Shown one piece after another: positions 22,834-28,476 of a stretch of 28,476 nt of DNA. Both the position numbers and the translations under genes were made by a program. The notes beneath the pieces are model-generated. The model saw nothing but the letters and a program-made list of their open reading frames with translations, searched no databases and was not told where the DNA came from. Every line of letters begins with the position of its first letter. The first letter of the stretch is position 1. The stretch is taken from positions 1-28,476 of the IMG/VR virus record IMGVR_UViG_3300033067_000203; one strand, given 5' to 3'. Source of the DNA: a virus. Its lineage: Duplodnaviria > Caudoviricetes.

Positions 22834-24245
22834 GTGATTACACCCCAACAGGGGCACCCGCCGACCAGACGCGCGGGGCATCGGCGACCATCCGCAGCGA
22901 GTTTCAAGCGGTCGCTACCGCGATTGCGACAAAAGCGGATACCGCAGGAGAAACTTACAGCGGGGCGCATGATTTCAGCGGGGCGACGGCAGTTACGCTA
23001 CCGGCGGGCACGGCCATCGGGACTGTATCAGCGACCGAGATTGGTTATCTGGACGGCGTGACAAGTGCTGTGCAGACGCAGCTTGACGCCAGATCAGAAA
23101 AAGCTGGAGGAACCTACAGCGGGACGCATAATTTCAGCGGGGCAACAGTAGTTGTTGCGACACAAGTATCAAGCGATAACTCAACGAACCCAGCGTCGAC
23201 CGCATTTGTCCAAGCCGCAGTTAGTCCGATTGCAGGAAGCAACGCCACCAGTACCAGCAGCCTCACCATCGGCACCGGCGCGAAGTCGCTGACCATCCAG
23301 ACCGGCAAGAACATCGTCGTCGGCATGTTTATGACAATCACCTCGACCGCATCGCCGGAAAACTGGATGCACGGTGAAGTTACAAGTTACGACAGCGGAA
23401 CGGGTGCGTTGATTATCAATGTCGAAACTGCAACAGGGGCAGGGACGATTTCAGCATGGACTCTGGCCGTTTCAGGGCCGAAAGGGCCATCACAAGCAAG
23501 CGGCGCTACAACGCTCGACCTCACCTCCGGCAATGCGACGCTGACCGGCGCATCGGATCAGGTGCAGACCATCACGGCGGCTGTGTCGGGGCGGGCGATT
23601 AACCTTCCCGACTCCACCAGCATGACGGAAGGCGGCTTCCCGTATGTCATCCGCAACAGAACAGGGCATAACGTTACGCTGAAGAACAATTCCGGGAGCA
23701 TTGTTCGTGTCATTTACCCAAACAGCGTTGTACTGGTGGCGCTGACAGACGCAGCAACGAATACCTGGGGGGCTTACCAGTTTTACGACGGTATTGAGAC
23801 GGGAATCCCGTCTGTCTTCGAGTCAGCAACCACCAACCACATATCCGTAGCCGTACTCGACAGCAGCAAGGCGGTTGTGACGTATCAGGACGCTGGCAAT
23901 TACTACTACGGAACAGCATGTGTTCTTTCGATCAGTGGGACGACGGTGACGGCGGGGACTCCGGCGGTCTTCGAGTCAGCAAGCGCCGCCTACATATCCG
24001 TAGCCGTACTCGACAGCAGCAAGGCGGTTGTGACGTATCAGGACGCTGGCAATTACTACTACGGAACAGCATGTGTTCTTTCGATCAGTGGGACGACGGT
24101 GACGGCGGGGACTCCGGCGGTCTTCGAGTCAGCAAGCACCGACTACATATCCGTAGCCGCACTCAACAGCAGCAAGGCGGTTGTGACGTATCGGGACGCT
24201 GGCAATTCCAGCTACGGAACAGCATGTGTTCTTTCCAATATGTAA
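22830..24245 (+). CDS. Tail fibre / receptor-binding protein with C-terminal 51-aa repeats
   Basis: IRSEFQAVATA virion-attachment N-terminus, EIGYLDGVTSAVQTQL and SLTIGTGAKSLT fibre modules, and C-terminal tandem repeats. Confidence 0.85.
   Translation: MSDYTPTGAPADQTRGASATIRSEFQAVATAIATKADTAGETYSGAHDFSGATAVTLPAGTAIGTVSATEIGYLDGVTSAVQTQLDARSEKAGGTYSGTHNFSGATVVVATQVSSDNSTNPASTAFVQAAVSPIAGSNATSTSSLTIGTGAKSLTIQTGKNIVVGMFMTITSTASPENWMHGEVTSYDSGTGALIINVETATGAGTISAWTLAVSGPKGPSQASGATTLDLTSGNATLTGASDQVQTITAAVSGRAINLPDSTSMTEGGFPYVIRNRTGHNVTLKNNSGSIVRVIYPNSVVLVALTDAATNTWGAYQFYDGIETGIPSVFESATTNHISVAVLDSSKAVVTYQDAGNYYYGTACVLSISGTTVTAGTPAVFESASAAYISVAVLDSSKAVVTYQDAGNYYYGTACVLSISGTTVTAGTPAVFESASTDYISVAALNSSKAVVTYRDAGNSSYGTACVLSNM
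23814..24235 (+). repeat. Tandem 153-bp repeat, about 2.8 copies (starts at 23814, 23967, 24120)
   Basis: Manual alignment: 5 nt differences between copies 1 and 2, and 8 nt between copies 2 and 3. Confidence 0.97.
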
Positions 24246-24257
24246 GGTGACCCAACA

Positions 24258-24776
24258 ATGATTGCAATCGAATTAATTAGCGGCCTTGCCATTTATGCAG
24301 GTGATTTGCGATTTGAAGACGGCGTCTTGCGTGGCGACGGCTTCATGGATTCGCGCATGACGCCGGATACGTGCGAATTGCTGGACACCCCTCCCCCGCA
24401 GCCGTGGAGGGGAGGTGGGTGGCGATATGTGGTCGATGAGTTCGTTATCGAGACTTGGTGGGCGGAGCAGTCTGCGGCTGAACAGGCGGAACGGGATGCC
24501 GCGACCGTCGCCGCGAAGGTCGACCGTCTGTGGGCGGCAGCGGATGCCTACACGTCGAGCCACATCAGCGGCGTCGCCATCGGCCTGCTGACCATCGGCG
24601 TGCTGCAATCGCTGCCCAAGGCGCTGGCCGTGTCGGCCTGGTCGAGCGCGGTGTGGGATGACTACTACACCCGCAAGGCGCTCGTCACCGTATCCAGCGT
24701 CGATAACCTCGACTTCAGTAGCCACGGCCCGATGCCGCACAGCGTGCCGGAGCTGCGTGGGGAGCTTGGGATATGA
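24258..24776 (+). CDS. Putative tail fibre assembly chaperone
   Basis: Follows the fibre gene; PQPWRGGGWRY-type motif then a helical domain; TAAGG SD. Confidence 0.6.
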   Translation: MIAIELISGLAIYAGDLRFEDGVLRGDGFMDSRMTPDTCELLDTPPPQPWRGGGWRYVVDEFVIETWWAEQSAAEQAERDAATVAAKVDRLWAAADAYTSSHISGVAIGLLTIGVLQSLPKALAVSAWSSAVWDDYYTRKALVTVSSVDNLDFSSHGPMPHSVPELRGELGI

Positions 24777-24844
24777 GCACAAGCACTCCAGTGCCACATC
24801 GGCTATAATTCAACCGCCGGGCGAGGTGCGCCCGAAAATCCTAC

Positions 24845-24875
24845 AAACCGCCCATTGAGGCGGTTTTTTCATTTT
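24845..24875 (+). terminator. Intrinsic terminator
   Basis: AAACCGCC-CATTGA-GGCGGTTT followed by TTTCATTTT. Confidence 0.8.
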
Positions 24876-24886
24876 GGGGATCGATC

Positions 24887-25996
24887 ATGGTGAAGAATCC
24901 GCTAACGCAGAAAGACGTAACGGACTACCTTTCTGCCAACAACCTCAAGTTTGATCCGCAAGGGATCAACACGGCGCTTGCGAAGTACAACGGCACCATT
25001 GGCAACCCTGCCGATCAATACTCGATCAATGATGTCGGCGCGGCATTTGGTTACACTCCTGAACAATCGCGGGCCTGGATGAATGGTGGGACAACGGCCA
25101 CGCAACAGCCGGACAAGCCGCAGGGGTTGCTTGCTCAACAATCCCAGACGCAGACACAACAGTCTGCGCCGCTTTCGCCCGTGCAGCCGGTTTCCGCTCC
25201 GCAGATTCAAGCCGAGCCGTCCGCTGTTCAGGCGCAAGCGCAGCAAATCACCGTCGATCCGACCAAGACTTCGCAAGGGCTGTATGAGCAGTACAGCGCA
25301 AAGGACAGTCTGGCGAAGCAACTGGCCGAGACGGCTTCGATGGAGCGTGCCAATTCGCGCGGCTTGCTGAATTCCTCGATGGCGGTGGGCGAAGCGCAGA
25401 AAGCCCGCGACGTGGTGGATCTGACTTCGGCGACGACGGATTCCGGCATCTACGCCAACGCCGCGCAGACGAATGCGCAACTCGGCACGCAGGCCAGCAT
25501 TGCGAACATGAACGACGCCGGTTCGACGCAACGGGCGCGTATTCAAGAAGCGGGCGCAGGGGCGCGGCAGGCGCAGCAGCTTACCTCGCAGCAGCAACTT
25601 GCCGAGCTGGATGCGCAGATACGCAAAGACATCGCCCGTGAGAACAATGCGCAGTCGATGGCGGTCGCGCAGTTGAACGCGGCGACGCAAGAGAACATCA
25701 ACCGGCTGGATACCGCTTCGCGCGAGAAGATTTCACAGGCGACGATTGAAGCCAACAATCTGATTTCCAATCGTCAGATTGGCGCATCAGAGCGCGGGAA
25801 CTTCCAGAATGCCGTGACGAATGCGATGGGGAACTACGCCAACGCAATCAGCAAGATTGACCTGGATACGAATCTGGATGCGGCCAGCAAGGCGGCGGCA
25901 AGAGAGGCGGCAGAAGTGGTTATGCGTAACTCGATGACGGCGGCGGCGGCGGTTGCAGGGGTCGAGGGAATCAGCCAATTGTGGGCGGTTGAATAA
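24887..25996 (+). CDS. Putative internal virion / DNA ejection protein
   Basis: Gln/Ala/Asn-rich and helical; ANSRGLLNSSMAVG motif; located after the tail genes. Confidence 0.7.
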   Translation: MVKNPLTQKDVTDYLSANNLKFDPQGINTALAKYNGTIGNPADQYSINDVGAAFGYTPEQSRAWMNGGTTATQQPDKPQGLLAQQSQTQTQQSAPLSPVQPVSAPQIQAEPSAVQAQAQQITVDPTKTSQGLYEQYSAKDSLAKQLAETASMERANSRGLLNSSMAVGEAQKARDVVDLTSATTDSGIYANAAQTNAQLGTQASIANMNDAGSTQRARIQEAGAGARQAQQLTSQQQLAELDAQIRKDIARENNAQSMAVAQLNAATQENINRLDTASREKISQATIEANNLISNRQIGASERGNFQNAVTNAMGNYANAISKIDLDTNLDAASKAAAREAAEVVMRNSMTAAAAVAGVEGISQLWAVE

Positions 25997-27225
25997 TGAC
26001 TTTCGCGCTGGCCCTGGATGGCCGATTCGAGTCTTTTGGCGACTACAGGCAACCGACGGGCGCAACAGCCGAATCAACTCCAGTACAGCAATCCGCGACG
26101 GGTCAAGTGCCAGCCGTGCAGCAACAAGCCATGCCCGTCAAGACTGATTGGGACGCGGCATTCGGCGAGAATTCCTATCTTTATCGCACATCGAACGGGA
26201 ATAGCCCGTTCATCATCCAGACGCAAGGACGCATCGAACGACAAGAAATCGAAGATTCCGAAGGGGGTAAGTCTCTGCAAGACCGTTCCGTCGAAGGTGC
26301 TGGGCAATGGCGATACAACGGCAAAACTGCTAGTTTCGACTTCTACCCGGCCAAAGGGGAAATCGGCGTTTCATCGTTCAATCCAGCAGACTACGCGCAC
26401 CAGCCAACGAAGAGCGTATCAGCATCCGAACTAGGTTTGTCCTACGATCCGGCCTTTATGGTATCCGCGCTGGCCACGAAGAACGGCAAGAATCTGGATT
26501 CGTGGAGCAACTACGCTCTAACTCACAACAATTACGGGGACTATGGCACGGATCAGTTCAACCGTTCTGTGTCAGACGGGTTTCGCGGCGAGTGGCGGAA
26601 AATCACAGCCTATGATGCCAAGGCTTCAAAGTTTGACAAGTTTCTGGAATCCGCCGTCATTGGCGGGATTACGACGATTGCCACGATGGGATTCGGCGCG
26701 CCATTGGCAGCATCCATGAAAGCCGCTGGGTATTCTGCTGTAACGGCGACGGTGGCATCGAACGCCATTGTCGGCGCAGCAGCGGGCGGAACCACGGCGG
26801 CTATCACTGGCGGCGATCCGCTCAAGGGCGCATTGCTCGGCGGCGCTGGCGGGGCGATTGGTGGCTATTCATCGACACTCAGCAAGACGGGCGGATTGCT
26901 CTCGACCTCGAACATGGTGAATACCGCAGGCAAGACCGCGCTGGCGGCAGTCAGCGGCGGCGACCCGGTGGCGACATTGGCGTCTTCTGTTGCGGGCAGT
27001 GCTGCCGGGGCAGCGACGGATTCGCCATTCGTCGGGCAGCTTGCCAGCCAGGCAGCGCGCCAGCTAGTCACCAAACAGCCGACGCAATCAATTTCGCAGG
27101 GCAGCCCTTCCACCAGCACCAAGGCTGCGCAAAGCACGCAAAGCACACAAAACACGCCGGGCGCGTCATTCTCGTATTCGCTGCCTTCGTTCAACTATGT
27201 GGATTTGATGGGGAAGAGAGGGTAA
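25996..27225 (+). CDS. Putative ejection/pilot protein with a Gly/Ala-zipper membrane region
   Basis: GAAAGG...GGDPLKGALLGGAGGAIGG; TAATG coupling. Confidence 0.7.
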   Translation: MTFALALDGRFESFGDYRQPTGATAESTPVQQSATGQVPAVQQQAMPVKTDWDAAFGENSYLYRTSNGNSPFIIQTQGRIERQEIEDSEGGKSLQDRSVEGAGQWRYNGKTASFDFYPAKGEIGVSSFNPADYAHQPTKSVSASELGLSYDPAFMVSALATKNGKNLDSWSNYALTHNNYGDYGTDQFNRSVSDGFRGEWRKITAYDAKASKFDKFLESAVIGGITTIATMGFGAPLAASMKAAGYSAVTATVASNAIVGAAAGGTTAAITGGDPLKGALLGGAGGAIGGYSSTLSKTGGLLSTSNMVNTAGKTALAAVSGGDPVATLASSVAGSAAGAATDSPFVGQLASQAARQLVTKQPTQSISQGSPSTSTKAAQSTQSTQNTPGASFSYSLPSFNYVDLMGKRG

Positions 27226-27229
27226 GCAA

Positions 27230-27859
27230 ATGGGCATATCTGTCGATAACGGCAATTACTACACGCCAATGGTGGGTGGCGGAGAAGCCAACATATTGCA
27301 GACATACAACACTGAAGGGGTTTCCGCCCCTACGAGAATCGTCAATTCTCCTATCGAGCATTCGGTGCCAACGGTTGACCAGCTTGCCGGAAAAAATGAA
27401 TACGCTGACGTGGCGGGCTACCGCGCGGATGTCGAAAAGGGCGTATCCCTACTTTCGGCATTCGGTCCGGTCGCGCAACCATCGGAAGCCAACGGGTGGA
27501 GCACGTACGGATGGGCGACCTCGTCTAACGGAGAATCGGATGTAGGGGCCGAAGATGGCGTAAGTGATGATTCAGGATGGGCGTCGAACCTCTGGAAAGA
27601 GTTCAAGAGCCTCGACGGCAAGACCCAATCCGTTCTTGCTTCTACGCTGTTCTCGGCTATTGGCGGCGCAATGAAGTCCGACACAGCGAAGGAAACGAAT
27701 CGCCTGAACCGGGAGCGGCTTGATCTTGAGCGCCAGAAGCAGAATAACGCCATGCAATCGACGGCAGAGAGTTACGACAAGAGCAAATACAAGGTTCGCG
27801 GGCTGCTCAATCCGGAAGCCAAGCTGACCTATTCCACGCAAACGGGGGTGAAGAAGTGA
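27230..27859 (+). CDS. Putative ejection protein
   Basis: Hydrophobic LFSAIGG segment followed by a charged helix; GTGA overlap with the next gene. Confidence 0.65.
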   Translation: MGISVDNGNYYTPMVGGGEANILQTYNTEGVSAPTRIVNSPIEHSVPTVDQLAGKNEYADVAGYRADVEKGVSLLSAFGPVAQPSEANGWSTYGWATSSNGESDVGAEDGVSDDSGWASNLWKEFKSLDGKTQSVLASTLFSAIGGAMKSDTAKETNRLNRERLDLERQKQNNAMQSTAESYDKSKYKVRGLLNPEAKLTYSTQTGVKK

Positions 27860-28299
27860 TTCCTCAGAACGCAATGGCGAACAACAAGGCGGTGCAGAAA
27901 GTCGTTCTGTCCGGGATGAAGCTGCTCTATTCGCCGAGCACGGCGAAGCTACTGGACGACGGATTGAAGGCGGATGTGCCCATGCCGCAGAAGCTCGCCA
28001 TCGAAATCGCTGGCATCATGAAACTGGTGGATGAGCGCACACCGAAGGGGATTCCTCCGGAAGCGATTGCGCCGGGAGCGGTCATGCTGCTGTTCGATCT
28101 TGCACATTTCATGCGGCAGTCTGGCGCCGGGAATCCGACCGACGAGGACATTCAAGCGGCGATCAAGATTCTCCAGAAGTTCCTGCTGGAAATTTTCACG
28201 AAGATGGGCAAGGGCGCTACTGGACAACAGCAACCGCAACAACCGCAACAACCGCAACAACAACCGCCGCGCGGTTTGCTTGCACAACAGGGGGCTTGA
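27856..28299 (+). CDS. Hypothetical protein with a Q/P-rich tail
   Basis: 147 aa helical; CAACCGCAA repeats encode QQQPQQPQQPQQQPP. Confidence 0.7.
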   Translation: MIPQNAMANNKAVQKVVLSGMKLLYSPSTAKLLDDGLKADVPMPQKLAIEIAGIMKLVDERTPKGIPPEAIAPGAVMLLFDLAHFMRQSGAGNPTDEDIQAAIKILQKFLLEIFTKMGKGATGQQQPQQPQQPQQQPPRGLLAQQGA

Positions 28300-28300
28300 T

Positions 28301-28476
28301 ATGGGATTGCTCGACAGACTGCAAAACGGCGTCGCCGCAGGAGCGCAAACGGCTTCTGAGGCATTCATGGCGCAGTTCAAGTCGCAGGTTGAACAGGAGC
28401 GGCAAGAGGCATTGGTTCGTGCGCAGGAAGAGTCCGGAAAGCGCATGGTGGATTACAAGGTTGGAATCGAAGATCA
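28301..28476 (+). CDS. N-terminus of a putative ejection protein, truncated by window end
   Basis: ATG 1 nt after the previous stop; MGLLDRLQNGVAAGAQTASEAFMAQF... open to the end of the window. Confidence 0.65.
   Translation, partial: MGLLDRLQNGVAAGAQTASEAFMAQFKSQVEQERQEALVRAQEESGKRMVDYKVGIED

Noticed and set aside
23814-24235. Tandem repeats as a CRISPR array
   Set aside because: They are in-frame 153-bp coding repeats with no unique spacers and no cas genes.
24246-24886. DGR template repeat, avd or RT downstream of the fibre gene
   Set aside because: No similarity to the repeat unit, and no RT motif in any ORF of the window.
28224-28266. CAACCGCAA microrepeat as a phase-variation tract
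   Set aside because: The 9-bp in-frame units only encode a Q/P linker.
256-28446. Many long minus-strand and alternate-frame ORFs in the track (e.g. 3937-4683, 11013-11990, 13233-14111, 17343-18512, 24902-25690)
   Set aside because: They shadow well-supported + strand genes in GC-rich DNA and lack recognisable motifs.

Overview
The window is a co-directional (+ strand) segment of a temperate, podovirus-type tailed phage or prophage with moderately high GC; a betaproteobacterial host is my inference only. Gene order: 3' end and right end of an IS200/IS605 (TnpB) element; Cro-like HTH regulator; replication initiator and loader; nin region (dUTPase, NinB, NinG); Q-like antiterminator; DNA methyltransferase; late promoter and terminator; TerS and TerL; lysis-like block (DUF5675 plus holin-like proteins); an accessory structural module; portal, scaffold, N4-gp56-type major capsid, decoration proteins, adaptor, tail nozzle, tail fibre and chaperone; putative ejection proteins. 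Main unusual observations: (1) the methyltransferase looks like an integron-type gene cassette, with an attC-like hairpin and complementary cassette ends, an inverted gene, and no integrase in view; (2) the tail-fibre tip is three 153-bp repeats differing only at codon positions 1-2, mostly in NNC codons, a DGR-like pattern with no RT or template in the window; (3) a TnpB element ends just upstream of the cro promoter; (4) three late promoter/terminator units share a C(N4-5)UGC-G hairpin; (5) several candidate structured RNAs. All protein family calls come from motif recognition and gene order, not database searches.
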